Shown in pieces: positions 1 to 10,522 of a DNA stretch of 64,000 bases (position 1 is its first letter; each line of letters opens with the position of its first letter). The DNA is from Candidatus Flemingiibacterium sp. (GTDB lineage: Bacteria > Bacillota > Clostridia > Oscillospirales > CAG-272). Where the stretch lies: assembly GCA_045586505.1 (NCBI GenBank), contig JAZNAL010000013.1:49804-113803 (forward strand), written 5' to 3'. The notes beneath the pieces are model-generated. The model saw nothing but the letters and a program-made list of their open reading frames with translations. It searched no databases and was not told the DNA's origin. The position numbers were made by a program, and so were the translations under genes.

Positions 1-123
1 AAGCACGGCGGTGAGCTCACCCTTCTTTCCGAGGAAGCGTATTCTAAGCGCTTCGAGATCGGCATCGGGAGCCGCAAGCTCAGCGACTGCCGCTTTCCTT
101 ATCTGTTCAAGCTTTTCTTTCAT
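1..123 (-). CDS. pheS: phenylalanine--tRNA ligase alpha subunit, N-terminal end only (gene runs off the window)
   Basis: Reverse-strand ATG at 123-121 after an AAAGGA RBS. Translation MKEKLEQIRKAAVAELAAPDADLEALRIRFLGKKGELTAVL matches the conserved PheS N-terminus (LR..YLGKKGELT). A T-box leader lies directly upstream. Confidence 0.8.
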   Translation of the reverse strand, partial: MKEKLEQIRKAAVAELAAPDADLEALRIRFLGKKGELTAVL

Positions 124-171
124 GGTGTTGGATCCTTTCTGTAAAACAAATTATACTATCGAGGTGTTCGC

Positions 172-455
172 GACTAAAAAGCCGCTTCGCCCTCAGAAAA
201 CTCAAGGACGAAGCGGCATATTTTTATATGCGTTTCCGCGGTACCACCTTATTTTATTGCCTGTGACCAAGCAATACACTCGGCGACTCTTTAACGGGAG
301 TCGATCGTCAACAGCTACAAGTTCCCCTTCACTGTCGATGCTCGTGAGCGAAACGCCATACCGTCGGGGAAGGGACCGCTCGCACCCATGCCAAAGCAAG
401 GCGGTCATCTCTGTGCATTCCCAAAATGCGGCAGGCAAACTCCATCATCGCATTT
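172..455 (-). promoter_or_regulatory. T-box leader (tRNA-sensing riboswitch) of pheS with intrinsic terminator
   Basis: The minus strand carries the conserved T-box sequence AATAAGGTGGTACCGCGG (rc of 236-253). It overlaps a terminator hairpin GCCGCTTCG...CGAAGCGGC followed by a T-run (rc of 172-218). A TTGCTT-17-(TGc)TATACT promoter lies at 489-461 on the minus strand. Confidence 0.8.
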
Positions 456-584
456 ATATCAGTATAGCACAGTTTTTTGAAAAAAGCAAGAGGGTACGGG
501 AAGTTTTTTGAAATTTTTTGAAAATAACAAGAATTAAACATTTTTAATCGCTTTTTAACAGTCTTCGAATAGCATAAAAGAAAA

Positions 585-622
585 AAGACCATGTCCGCGT
601 TTTTTGCAGACATGGTCCTTAT
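585..622 (-). terminator. intrinsic terminator after the HPr-like gene
   Basis: Hairpin GACCATGTC/GACATGGTC followed by a T-run on the minus strand, just downstream of the stop at 639. Confidence 0.6.
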
Positions 623-638
623 ATCAATGCTTTAAGTG

Positions 639-866
639 TCAGATGATATAGGGGTTGATCTCTTCCATGAGCGCTTCAGCATTCTCGCTGTGAGCGGTGA
701 GCTGGATGGGCTTGAGAAGGTCAAGAGAGAAGATGCCCATGATGGACTTTGCGTCAACTATGTAACGTCCGGACATGAGGTCGATATCCATATCATACTT
801 TGATACGATATTTACAAAATTGCGTACATCCTCGATAGAGGAGAGCTTGATATCTACTGTTTTCAT
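639..866 (-). CDS. HPr-fold (PTS phosphocarrier-like) small protein lacking the His15 motif
   Basis: 75-aa ORF. The segment VDAKSIMGIFSLDL resembles the HPr Ser46 region (KSIMGVMSL). No GLHARP-type His15 motif is seen at the N-terminus. Confidence 0.5.
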   Translation of the reverse strand: MKTVDIKLSSIEDVRNFVNIVSKYDMDIDLMSGRYIVDAKSIMGIFSLDLLKPIQLTAHSENAEALMEEINPYII

Positions 867-1054
867 GATAATTCAACTCCTTTTGTTATTTACATATATA
901 TAATATCCTAAATTCCGTATTTTGTCAATAGCTATAACGTAAATTTTTTGCGAGAGCTTTCAAGCGTTATTAGCGATTCGACTTACACCGTATCGGAATG
1001 ACGATTTCATATTAAAATGGTATAAATTATGTCAGAATATGTATCGCGCCTTGT

Positions 1055-2317
1055 CTATAGTGTGATTTTTCTTGCCTCTAAGTAAAAGCGCTTGTCATCC
1101 GCCTCGCCCATGGAGAAGGTTTTGCGCGGCAGTGCACCGTCGCGTACCACGGTGGGGAATAGTTCGGATTTTTCCATACCCTTGAAGATAAAGCCGATGG
1201 CATTTTTGGCAGACGCCAGCTTCTTGGTGGACTCAACTCCGTGAATGTAGTCGATGACCGCACCCTCGCAGGTCTTTATGTAACCATCAAGGAAGGTTTG
1301 CAGCGTTCCCACGGGCAGGAGAGAAGTGGGATTATCCACGGTCATTTCTTTGCAGCCGCTGGCATCTATGATGCTGAAGGTCTGAGAGGGAATATCGCTT
1401 GCGGGAAGCGATTTTACATAGGCGGCGAGATCGTTTATCAGCTTTTCGGGATCGACACCGAAGATCACGCGGTAGATCGGCTCAAATTCAAGCGACTCAT
1501 CGTGAATATTGACGATCTCGCACAGTGCGTATCTTGCGGGATGTACCGCGAGCTCCTCTTTGGTGAGCGTGGGCTTCAACTGTTCCCAGAATGCCTTTGC
1601 GGAGGCGAGGGAATGGTTGCCGTCGCCCATAGCGAACACCAGCGGCTTGTCGCAGCTCTGATCTGCGGCGGCGTTGTCATAGAGAGCATCAAGCGCGGCG
1701 GAGATGCGAGCGATCTCATCAGCGGGAATGAACTTTCCGAGCGAGTGACCGCCGTTTGCCATAAGCGTGAAATCGTATGCGGTCTCATATGCGCCGGCTT
1801 TTTCGATGATCGGCTCGATTACTGTGCGCTTCGGGTCGTCGATGAGTATCATGATGTGCGGAAGCTCAACAGATGCCCCCTCGCGAATCTTTACGCGCGG
1901 CGGTATGCGGTCGAGTACCGTGCCCTCGGTGGCGCGTACCAGCGATTTTGCACCCTTGGTGTAATCGTAGCACTCAAGATCAATGGCGCCCACCAGACCA
2001 CGGCGGATCTTGCCGTTATTCTGGGTGCGCTCAAGGTAGATCATGGTATCCTTGTGCTCGCAGAGTATGCCGCCTGCGTACTTTTTCATGGTTTCGTTGA
2101 TACCGGGGATGCGTTTGTCGGCTTCGGAAAGATAAATTTCGGGAAGTGTTATGCGAAGCGTCGACGGTGCCGTGCCGACGATACTCTCGATGTTGTTCCA
2201 ATACTCCGGCTCGGAGGTGTACTGGTCGCAGGCGATGCAGGACCAGCTTTTCATCGCCTCAGCGTTGTTTGCGAAGCTCGGCAGAAGTATATCAGCGGGA
2301 TAAAAGCAGTGTTTCAT
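1055..2317 (-). CDS. DUF1015 family protein
   Basis: 420-aa ORF. GDGNHS (compare the ADGHHR core), FEPIYRV and the C-terminal LPRKTFSMG..K.FYLEARK resemble DUF1015 signatures. The long + strand ORF 1241-2323 is its antisense shadow. Confidence 0.5.
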   Translation of the reverse strand: MKHCFYPADILLPSFANNAEAMKSWSCIACDQYTSEPEYWNNIESIVGTAPSTLRITLPEIYLSEADKRIPGINETMKKYAGGILCEHKDTMIYLERTQNNGKIRRGLVGAIDLECYDYTKGAKSLVRATEGTVLDRIPPRVKIREGASVELPHIMILIDDPKRTVIEPIIEKAGAYETAYDFTLMANGGHSLGKFIPADEIARISAALDALYDNAAADQSCDKPLVFAMGDGNHSLASAKAFWEQLKPTLTKEELAVHPARYALCEIVNIHDESLEFEPIYRVIFGVDPEKLINDLAAYVKSLPASDIPSQTFSIIDASGCKEMTVDNPTSLLPVGTLQTFLDGYIKTCEGAVIDYIHGVESTKKLASAKNAIGFIFKGMEKSELFPTVVRDGALPRKTFSMGEADDKRFYLEARKITL

Positions 2318-2609
2318 GGGTGAGACTCCTTGTAAGGTTTTTTATATAGTAGTATGATACCATATTTTGTTGTTTCTTGCAAGAGGTATTATAAAAATAT
2401 TTCTATCGGATATTTTATATTAAGGGGCTCATATAAAAATAAGATCAATCAGGCTATTACAAACAAGGTTGGTTTCCAAAAAACTTTATCTTTCAATAAT
2501 TTTTCCGTACTTCATCATACAGCCGTCACATTCGGGCTTTATAATATGTGCGTACGATAGAGAAAAAGCCGCAAACGCGGTATAACCTATACAGGAGGAA
2601 TATATATTT

Positions 2610-4076
2610 ATGGATAACGAACGTAATTTTAACGAAATTGATAATAATGAACCAGCGCCCGCTGCGGAGGATACCACGTCTCCCGTCTCCCCGGAGCCTG
2701 TTCAGGAAGCGGCTGGTTCCGAGGCTGCCACTCCCGAAGTAATTGGGGCACCCGAACCCGCATCTTCCGAGCCTGTGCGTGATTTCAGCCGCTATCAGAC
2801 GGCGGCGCCCACTTACACCACAACCACGTCCTATGAATCTCCTCGCGAGACAGTTTATGCGGGCGCTCCCAAAACCGAAAAGAAGCCTAAGGCAAGACTC
2901 GGAGTCGGAGCGACGGCGATCCTTATCGCGGCTTGTATGCTTCTGTCGGGAGGTGCGGCATTCGCTGGCACTTACATTGCAAACAGCATGACCCAATCTG
3001 CCGAGGCTCCCGCGGGCGGTGCGGGCAAGACAAACGCAGGTATCCCGTCCGTGGTGCTTCAGTCCTTTGCCAATCCCAACAAGACAGCGGGCGCCTATGA
3101 GCAGGTGGCGGCGGCTGTCGCACCTACGGTTGTTGAGATCACCACTGAGTCCATCGTTACGGACTCCGTGTTCTGGGGCGGCAACTATGTCACCTCCGGT
3201 GCGGGAAGCGGCGTCATCATCAGCGCCGACGGACTTATCATTACCAACAACCACGTAGTCAGCGGCGCCAATGCCATCACCGTTACCACTACTGACGGCA
3301 CCGAATATATCGCGAAGGTTATCGGTACCGATGCCGACTCGGATATTGCCGTTATCAAAGTGGAAGCAACAGATCTCCCCTTTGCTCTTATGGGTGACAG
3401 CGATACGCTTGTGGTCGGACAGGAGGTACTCGCGGTGGGTAACCCCCTCGGTGAGCTTGGCGGCACTGTGACAAACGGCATCGTCAGTGCACTTTCCCGC
3501 GATGTCAGGATTGACGGCACAGAGATGACCCTCATCCAGACTAACGCGGCGGTCAATCCCGGCAACTCCGGCGGCGGTCTTTTTAATCTCTACGGTGAGC
3601 TTGTCGGTATCGTAAACGCAAAATCCAGCACCACCTCCTCCGGCACATCCGTCGAGGGTATCGGATTCGCGATTCCCGCAAACACCGCCGTGAAGGTTAC
3701 CGAGGAGCTTATCAATTATGGTTATGTGCGCGGTAAGGTAATGCTCGGCATCACCTACGTTGATGTTGATACCTCTTATGAGGCTATGTACTATCGTGTC
3801 AGCGCGCTGGGCGTATATATCGCTACCTCCGAGTACACCGACGAGCTGAAGCCCGGCGACCGCATCGTTGCTGTTGACGGCACAGAGGTCACATATGGAG
3901 CCGAAGTCAAGGCGGCGATCAAGGATCGCGCGGTAGGCGATGAGATCACCGTGACCGTTGTACGCGACGGCAAGTATGTAGACGTCAAGGTGGTGCTCCG
4001 CGAGTACGTTCCCTCCGAAGCACAGGCAACCGAGGAGCAGACCTCACGCTTTGAAAGTAACTTCGGTATCAAATAA
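2610..4076 (+). CDS. htrA: HtrA/DegP-family serine protease (N-terminal TM segment, trypsin-like domain, PDZ)
   Basis: AGGAGG RBS. Catalytic motifs TNNHV, DSDIAVIK and GNSGGGLF are present. There is a hydrophobic anchor ILIAACMLLSGGAAFAG and a PDZ-like C-terminus. Confidence 0.85.
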   Translation: MDNERNFNEIDNNEPAPAAEDTTSPVSPEPVQEAAGSEAATPEVIGAPEPASSEPVRDFSRYQTAAPTYTTTTSYESPRETVYAGAPKTEKKPKARLGVGATAILIAACMLLSGGAAFAGTYIANSMTQSAEAPAGGAGKTNAGIPSVVLQSFANPNKTAGAYEQVAAAVAPTVVEITTESIVTDSVFWGGNYVTSGAGSGVIISADGLIITNNHVVSGANAITVTTTDGTEYIAKVIGTDADSDIAVIKVEATDLPFALMGDSDTLVVGQEVLAVGNPLGELGGTVTNGIVSALSRDVRIDGTEMTLIQTNAAVNPGNSGGGLFNLYGELVGIVNAKSSTTSSGTSVEGIGFAIPANTAVKVTEELINYGYVRGKVMLGITYVDVDTSYEAMYYRVSALGVYIATSEYTDELKPGDRIVAVDGTEVTYGAEVKAAIKDRAVGDEITVTVVRDGKYVDVKVVLREYVPSEAQATEEQTSRFESNFGIK

Positions 4077-4230
4077 TCCACTTATCTGAATATATTTCGC
4101 TTCATATTCATATATATCCCACGAGGTGATAGCGTGAAAAACTTTTTCACGCAGGGGTTTGCTACGCAAAACCACCCACAATTACCCGAGAAAGGAAGCT
4201 TTCGCTAACGCGAAAGCCACAGTGATTATT

Positions 4231-5373
4231 ATGAATATGAAGCGATTTCTTTCATTATTATTAGTAGTTATTCTTACACTTGCATTTGCACTTCCTGTCG
4301 CTGCCGGGGATTATAACGCGCGTTCCTACATACTTATGGAAGCTTCCACGGGTACGGTGCTTCTGGAGGAAAACGCCGATGAAGCGCTTCCGCCGGCTTC
4401 GGTTACCAAGATTATGACGCTTCTTATTGTTATGGAAGCCGTCGATGACGGACGGCTTAAGTGGGACGATACCGTGCAGTGCTCCGAATATGCCGCATCT
4501 ATGGGCGGGTCCCAGGTATATCTCGAGCCTGGCGAGGAGATGAGCGTATCAGAGATGGTAAAATGCGTAGTGATCTCCAGCGCCAATGACGCCGCAGTTG
4601 CGCTTGCGGAAAAGGTGGCGGGCAGTGAGGAGGCGTTCGTCGGGATGATGAATGAGCGCGCCGCCGAGCTAGGTATGACGAACACCGTGTTCAAAAACAC
4701 CAACGGACTTGACGATGACGTGGACGGACACGTCACCAGCGCTCGCGATATCGCGATCATGTCCCGCGAGCTTATCACAAAGCATCCGCAGATACTTGAA
4801 TATTCCTCCATCTGGATGGACAGCATCCGAAACGGTGAGTTCGGGCTGACCAATACCAACCGTCTCGTGCGATTTTACCGCGGTGCCAACGGCTTAAAGA
4901 CCGGTTCCACCTCAAAAGCAAAATTCTGTATCTCAGCCACCGCCCTGCGGGACGGCATGCAGCTTATCGCCGTAGTTATGGCATCACCCACCCGTGACGA
5001 GCGCAATGAAACTGCGAAAAAACTGCTGGACTACGGCTTTGCGGGGTGGGAGATCGCGAATATTACTCCCGATGCGCCCCTGGAATCGCTCAGAGTGGTC
5101 GGCGGAGTCACAGATTCGGTGGCGCTTGTATGCAGGGCGGACTCTGTACTGCTGAAAAAAGGTCAGACTGCGAAAATTACGCAGGAAATTTTTCTTCCGG
5201 AATATATTTCAGCACCGGTAAAGGCGGGAGATGAGGTCGGACGCATAGATTTTTCTGTAGAAAATGAAGTTGTCGCCACAGTTCCGATCACAGCGGCGGA
5301 AAATGCCGAAAAGATAGGCTACAGCGGGATTTTTTTGCGTTTGCTGAGTAAAATGCTGTTGGTCGAGCTTTAA
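4231..5373 (+). CDS. D-alanyl-D-alanine carboxypeptidase (S11, PBP5/DacF-like)
   Basis: Signal peptide MNMKRFLSLLLVVILTL. Motifs SVTK (SxxK), SAND (SxN) and KTGST (KTG) are present. The internal ATG at 4231 is preferred over the TTG at 4159. Confidence 0.85.
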   Translation: MNMKRFLSLLLVVILTLAFALPVAAGDYNARSYILMEASTGTVLLEENADEALPPASVTKIMTLLIVMEAVDDGRLKWDDTVQCSEYAASMGGSQVYLEPGEEMSVSEMVKCVVISSANDAAVALAEKVAGSEEAFVGMMNERAAELGMTNTVFKNTNGLDDDVDGHVTSARDIAIMSRELITKHPQILEYSSIWMDSIRNGEFGLTNTNRLVRFYRGANGLKTGSTSKAKFCISATALRDGMQLIAVVMASPTRDERNETAKKLLDYGFAGWEIANITPDAPLESLRVVGGVTDSVALVCRADSVLLKKGQTAKITQEIFLPEYISAPVKAGDEVGRIDFSVENEVVATVPITAAENAEKIGYSGIFLRLLSKMLLVEL

Positions 5374-5597
5374 TATTAAACCCCATTTAAAATTACAAAT
5401 ACCTTACAAGATAAGGAAACCTATTGCAAAAAAAAAGGACTTGTAGTATCATATGTACAGGGAAAATCTTCAATCATTGCAAAACCAGCGCCAAAAGGTG
5501 CAGGACATTCATGTGAGACCGGATGTCGGTACCCAAGGCAGGGAATGCAAATGAAGATTTTACCGCAAAAATTATTTTTAAAAGGAGAAACACCACA

Positions 5598-8500
5598 ATG
5601 AGAAATCTCAAGAAGTTTCTTGCATTAGTGCTTGCTATGATCATGGTAGTAAGTGCTGCTGCAGTAGTTTCCGCTGATTTCACTGACGTTGCCGCTGATG
5701 ACCGCTATGCAGCAGCTATCAACGACCTCGCTGTGAAGGGTATCGTTAAGGGTACCTCGGACACTACTTTTGGTCCTACTCAGAATGTTACCAGAGAGCA
5801 GATGGCTCTCTTCGTAGCAAGATCCATTACCGGTGAGCTCAACGACGAAGCTTGGGCTAACGGTATCATTCCTTTCGCTGATGTTACTCGTTACAAGGGC
5901 GCTATTCAGTGCGCATACCTCAACGGTATCATCAACGGTACTCCCGCTGGCACCTTCGATCCCGAGGGTGGCATCACCTACGTTGCAGCTCTCAAGATGG
6001 CAGTTTGCGCACTTGGCTACGGCGAAGGTCTTGAGTGGCCTTGGGGCTACTACAACAAGGCAGTTGAACTCGGTCTCACCGCTAACATGGCAGTTGATAC
6101 CCTCGAGGCTGAGCTCAACAGAGCTGAGACCGCTCAGGTTATCTACAACATGATCTATGCTGCTCGCAAGGACAGCGATAAGACTTTTGCAGCTGAGAAG
6201 TTCGATATTGCACTCGAAGAGAACACCACTCTCTTTGCAATTACCGCTACTCCTAAGCAGTATGCTTACACCGAGTCCGGCGCAGGCGCATACAACTCTG
6301 CTGCTGATGTCGACGGCACCTTCGTTGGTCTCCAGACCATCGTAAACGGTGTTCCCAGCGGCAAGATGCTGTATGTAGCAGTTGAGTCCATTGGTCTTAC
6401 CGAGGAAAACGTTGAAGATTACTTCAACTATGCTGTAGAGCTTATCAACTTTGACGCAGCTACCGGCGCATTTACCGGCTACGTTCTTGGCGAAGCTCCT
6501 AAGACCATCACTCAGAAAGATGTAGGTTATGCTTCTAATTACTCCAAGATTAAGGTTGACGATGTAACCTACACCGGCGTTGATGAATTCACCGGCGCAT
6601 CCCTCATCAACGAGATCGTAATCTACGACGGTACCGGCGTTGCTACCGCCGCTAAGATGCTCCTCACCAACAAAGATGGTCATATCATCGACGGTAAGGG
6701 TAATCTTCTTGCAACCTTGGCTCACAACTCTTCTACCGGCGCTAAGTACTACTACGACGAGGAAGGCGGTAATAAGAAGGTAATCACCGAAGCTACTGCT
6801 CTTGCTAAGTACGGCGTATATATTGATGATGCTGAGGCATCTGAGTATATTGAGTACAACACCATCAACAGCGTTGGTGGCGGCGTTAAGTCTACTCTTT
6901 ACACAAAGGCATATGAGCTGAAGCTCTTCGATGACGACCACGATGATCTTTACGATCGTGCATACTACAGCCCCATCTACATGAGCGTTTACAACACCTA
7001 CAAGGGTAATGTAGGCGGCAAGGAAAAGGTTGTCGACGGTATGCTTGCTAAAGTATTAGGTGATGATTACATCATGGAAGCTTCCACTGTTACCTACACC
7101 GATACTGCTGCTCAGGAAGAAGGCGCTGTTGTAGTATTTACCTACAACAAGCAGCTTAAGACCGTTAATGTAATTGATGTTGTTGAAATGCAGACCGGTT
7201 TTATCGATAAGATCGACGCTACCGAATACACTAAAACTTCCAACAATATCGGTAAGGGTGACCTTAATCTTACCATTGACGGCACAACCTACGCTATCGC
7301 ATACTACTATAATGGCAGCAGCTACACTACCGATGCTGCACTTGGCGCAGATCTCGTAGCTTTCAATGAATACAACACCAATCGTTCTGTTGAGGATGTA
7401 GCAAACAAGCCTTTCATTAGCCTTATCCCCCAGAGAGGCCTGTTCATCGATGACCTTAAGGTTGATGAGTATGTTGGCTTCTACGCTTACAACGGCTATA
7501 TCATCTACGCTTCTGAGCTTGAAACTAAGGATCTCTATGACTTCGCAGTTGTAGAAGAATTCGAAGATTTCAATCTTGGCGAGATCTTCCTTGATATGTG
7601 GGTAGGCGCTGAGGTTCAGAAAGAGGCTCGTGTAACCTCTATCGACGGTAAGGATCTTGAGGATCTTTCTTCCTACAAGCTCTCTATGCTCATTTCTAAG
7701 GGTGAGTACTTCTATCCCGGCACTATCTACGCATTCAACAAGGTTGAGGACGCTTACAACCTTAAGGAAATCGTAGATGAGGATAACTATGAAGATTATG
7801 ACCTCATCGATGCTAAGTATGCAGATGATGCATATACTGGCGACTCCGGTGTTCTCGCTTTCGAGGACGGTTCTACCAGAGGCGAAGACAGAGAACTCAG
7901 ACTCCGCACATCCTCCAACACTGTATTCTACTTCATCAATGAAGCAGAGTGCAACAATCCTAAGGGCAAGTGCGATCCTACCAATGATAAGCATGATGTG
8001 AAGTGCGACAGCCTTGATCCTTACCTCACCGAAGTAAGAGTATTCGTTGGTCAGCCCGACGATGCTAAGATCTACTTCGATGAAAACTCCAAGATTTGGG
8101 TAGACGCTCTTGGCCACGGTACAGGCAAGTCCTTCGGTAAGGCTTCCGTTGTATTCGTAATTGACGCTTACGACGAAGGCTTCTTCGGCAAGACCGATTC
8201 CGTATATGCATTCTCCATTATCGCTAACAGCATGGATAGAGTTCTTGTTGACAATGCTGAAGACCTCGGTATGCCTGAGGGCTACACCGGTGTATACTAC
8301 AAGTACGCAAACGGTGCTGTAAACCTCGATACCGGTAAGAAGATGGACCTCTACTCCAAGGTTAAGCTCAGCTACAATAAGGTTTACAAGGTAAATGAAG
8401 ATGGCGTAGTAGCTCTCTCTGACGATAACAACTTCAATCCCAACGACGCAACTTACGGACCTTACCTTGATGAAAATGGTTTAATCCCGGATGCTTCCGC

Positions 8501-9290
8501 TGATAATAAGAATCACGACAAACTTGAGGTAAGATGGACCACCGCTGGTGCATTAGATAGATACGAACCCGAAGCATTCAAGAACTATATCAAGTACGGT
8601 ATCTATGATGTAAGCGGCGATACCAAGGAACAGATCGATGACGCTTGGGGCATATCTAACGGCGTAGTTAACTACTTTGACTACCTCTGGTATAAGGGCA
8701 GATATAACGATCCTGACACTGTTGCTGAAGCAGTTGATGCATACGCTGAAGGTCTCGCAGATGTAGCTAACGCAGTTATTGGCGGAGCTACTTACGAAGA
8801 CGCTTACAAGGAAGAGTTTGTTGTAGGTACTGCAACTCCTGTTATTGCTGGTGCAGGCGACAAGATGTGGGATGTTGTTGAAGACTTCCTCGCTCCTTTT
8901 GTTGACGCTGGCGAAACCGTTACAGCTGCTGACGTTAAGGATGCATTCGCTCCTATCGATGACATTGATAACTACTATGAAATCGAAACCTATGAGCCTC
9001 CGTTCTTTGCAGAATATAATGATGACGGTAATGTAGTAATCGAAATGCTCGAAGACGTTGCTGGTTACACCGGTAAGTACTTTATCAGCGAGCAGGATGA
9101 TGTAACCGATATCTACGTTATCAACGTTGGCGATTATTCGATTTATGACGGTGAGGAAGCTTGCGCAATCCTCAACTCTGCAACTCAGTTTGGTTGGGTT
9201 GGTCAGGGTCATACCGAGAATCTCTTTGATGAGTACATCAAGGATGGTAGCATCGTATTCATCGTAAGCTACACCAACAAAAACAAATAA
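5598..9290 (+). CDS. large SLH-domain cell-surface (S-layer-like) protein
   Basis: AAAGGAGA RBS and signal peptide MRNLKKFLALVLAMIMVVSAAAVVSA. N-terminal SLH repeats are visible (FTDV..AINDLAVKGIVKG..FGP..VTREQMALFVAR). Codon usage is strongly biased and a strong terminator follows. Confidence 0.8.
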   Translation: MRNLKKFLALVLAMIMVVSAAAVVSADFTDVAADDRYAAAINDLAVKGIVKGTSDTTFGPTQNVTREQMALFVARSITGELNDEAWANGIIPFADVTRYKGAIQCAYLNGIINGTPAGTFDPEGGITYVAALKMAVCALGYGEGLEWPWGYYNKAVELGLTANMAVDTLEAELNRAETAQVIYNMIYAARKDSDKTFAAEKFDIALEENTTLFAITATPKQYAYTESGAGAYNSAADVDGTFVGLQTIVNGVPSGKMLYVAVESIGLTEENVEDYFNYAVELINFDAATGAFTGYVLGEAPKTITQKDVGYASNYSKIKVDDVTYTGVDEFTGASLINEIVIYDGTGVATAAKMLLTNKDGHIIDGKGNLLATLAHNSSTGAKYYYDEEGGNKKVITEATALAKYGVYIDDAEASEYIEYNTINSVGGGVKSTLYTKAYELKLFDDDHDDLYDRAYYSPIYMSVYNTYKGNVGGKEKVVDGMLAKVLGDDYIMEASTVTYTDTAAQEEGAVVVFTYNKQLKTVNVIDVVEMQTGFIDKIDATEYTKTSNNIGKGDLNLTIDGTTYAIAYYYNGSSYTTDAALGADLVAFNEYNTNRSVEDVANKPFISLIPQRGLFIDDLKVDEYVGFYAYNGYIIYASELETKDLYDFAVVEEFEDFNLGEIFLDMWVGAEVQKEARVTSIDGKDLEDLSSYKLSMLISKGEYFYPGTIYAFNKVEDAYNLKEIVDEDNYEDYDLIDAKYADDAYTGDSGVLAFEDGSTRGEDRELRLRTSSNTVFYFINEAECNNPKGKCDPTNDKHDVKCDSLDPYLTEVRVFVGQPDDAKIYFDENSKIWVDALGHGTGKSFGKASVVFVIDAYDEGFFGKTDSVYAFSIIANSMDRVLVDNAEDLGMPEGYTGVYYKYANGAVNLDTGKKMDLYSKVKLSYNKVYKVNEDGVVALSDDNNFNPNDATYGPYLDENGLIPDASADNKNHDKLEVRWTTAGALDRYEPEAFKNYIKYGIYDVSGDTKEQIDDAWGISNGVVNYFDYLWYKGRYNDPDTVAEAVDAYAEGLADVANAVIGGATYEDAYKEEFVVGTATPVIAGAGDKMWDVVEDFLAPFVDAGETVTAADVKDAFAPIDDIDNYYEIETYEPPFFAEYNDDGNVVIEMLEDVAGYTGKYFISEQDDVTDIYVINVGDYSIYDGEEACAILNSATQFGWVGQGHTENLFDEYIKDGSIVFIVSYTNKNK

Positions 9291-9321
9291 TCACTCTTAC
9301 GACTGATTAGACGTTAGACAC

Positions 9322-9350
9322 AAACCGCTCCCCTCGGGGAGCGGTTTTGT
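9322..9350 (+). terminator. intrinsic terminator of the SLH protein gene
   Basis: Hairpin ACCGCTCCCC/GGGGAGCGGT followed by TTTTGT. Confidence 0.75.
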
Positions 9351-9365
9351 CATACTTAAATAACC

Positions 9366-9405
9366 GAAAAAAAGAGCAGTCACAAGTTGAAAGCTTGTGA
9401 CTGCT
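9366..9405 (-). terminator. intrinsic terminator on the minus strand (end of the dnaD/dnaC-like operon transcript)
   Basis: Hairpin GAGCAGTCACAAG/CTTGTGACTGCTC followed by T7 on the minus strand, about 125 nt past the stop at 9530. Confidence 0.6.
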
Positions 9406-9529
9406 CCTAGCGCGTATATACCCAAACAAAGCGTTTTTTCGTTTGAAGCATAAGAAGGCTTCACATTGTCGGGGTGGGTTGTATCGTACAGGGGTGCTGC
9501 ACTTATGAGCAGCACCCCTGTTTTACTAT

Positions 9530-10504
9530 TCACGAAAGCTTCTGCAGGCGGATATCCTTGCCTTGGAAGCGCATGACCATGAAATCGCCGAACAGACGGC
9601 TAGTGATGCGATCGCTGTAGCGGTCGCGGATCTCGTTTTGGGTAAGATTGGTGCTGATTATCATCGAGCCTGAGTTGTTGATGCGGGTATTGATTATGTT
9701 GTACAGACAGGAGACGGTGAATTGATTGGCGACCTCGGTACCAAGGTCATCGATTATAAGAAGATCGCAGTTGAAATACTTGTCTGTGCGCGACTCGGAG
9801 GTGTCGCCGTAGCCGCGAGTAAAGCGCTCGTATTCGAAATCTGCCAATATGTTCTGTGAGGTGTCGTATACGACATCAAAGCCACGCTCGATCAGTCTTT
9901 TGGCGACCGATGTGGAAAGATGGGTCTTACCGAGCCCAGTGGTACCGCAGAAGAACATATTATCGCTACTGTCCGCCGAGAAGCGCTCGGCATAGGTACG
10001 GCAGGTGTCGAGGATCAGCTTCATGTTGCGGCGTTCCTCGGGGGTGCGGTTGTAATAATCGAGGCTGAAGGTGTCGAAGGTCTGTGTGCGGATAAGATTA
10101 CCGATACCGGAGCTTTCATAGCCGGCAAGGATCAGATCGCGGCGCATACATTCGCACAGCTTTGTGCCGATAAAGCCGGTGTCACTGCACTTCTCGCACT
10201 CATATTTTACTGCGGTGTAGTCTGACGGGTATCCGATGGATCTGAGATACTCCGCACGTACCGCCTGCAGCTCGCGATTGCTCTCGCGCAGCTTTGCAAT
10301 ACGCTCTTCCAGCCCTTCCTTGCCTTTAAGCGACTCGCGCATGATATTGAGTCCTGTCTCGGACAGAACGCGGTCGATCTTCATAAGCTCGGGGTATTTT
10401 TGATGCAATTCATTGGCACGGTGCTCGGCGGCTTCCTTGGCACGCAGATTTTTGTCCGCGTATTCCTGCCGTATTCTCAGATAGTTGTCTTTATTGTATC
10501 CCAT
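9530..10504 (-). CDS. DnaC/DnaI-like helicase-loader ATPase
   Basis: Walker A GTTGLGKTHLS and Walker B LLIIDDLG. An N-terminal Cys cluster CEKCSDTGF..CEC is present. It lies immediately downstream of a DnaD-domain gene. Confidence 0.75.
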   Translation of the reverse strand: MGYNKDNYLRIRQEYADKNLRAKEAAEHRANELHQKYPELMKIDRVLSETGLNIMRESLKGKEGLEERIAKLRESNRELQAVRAEYLRSIGYPSDYTAVKYECEKCSDTGFIGTKLCECMRRDLILAGYESSGIGNLIRTQTFDTFSLDYYNRTPEERRNMKLILDTCRTYAERFSADSSDNMFFCGTTGLGKTHLSTSVAKRLIERGFDVVYDTSQNILADFEYERFTRGYGDTSESRTDKYFNCDLLIIDDLGTEVANQFTVSCLYNIINTRINNSGSMIISTNLTQNEIRDRYSDRITSRLFGDFMVMRFQGKDIRLQKLS

Positions 10505-10522
10505 GCGTTACCTCGCTTACGG

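Noticed and set aside
11-613. ORFs 11-511 (+), 202-438 (-) and 329-613 (-)
   Set aside because: They cover the pheS 5' end and its T-box leader and promoter. No coding signatures are present.
1241-2323. 360-aa + strand ORF
   Set aside because: It is antisense to the DUF1015 gene. The sequence is Gly/Arg/Ala-rich, as expected from GC-rich antisense translation.
5625-9212. Long minus-strand ORFs (5625-6941, 7056-8117, 8553-9212)
   Set aside because: All lie antisense inside the SLH surface-protein gene, whose biased codon usage suppresses stops on the opposite strand. They have no motifs or RBS.
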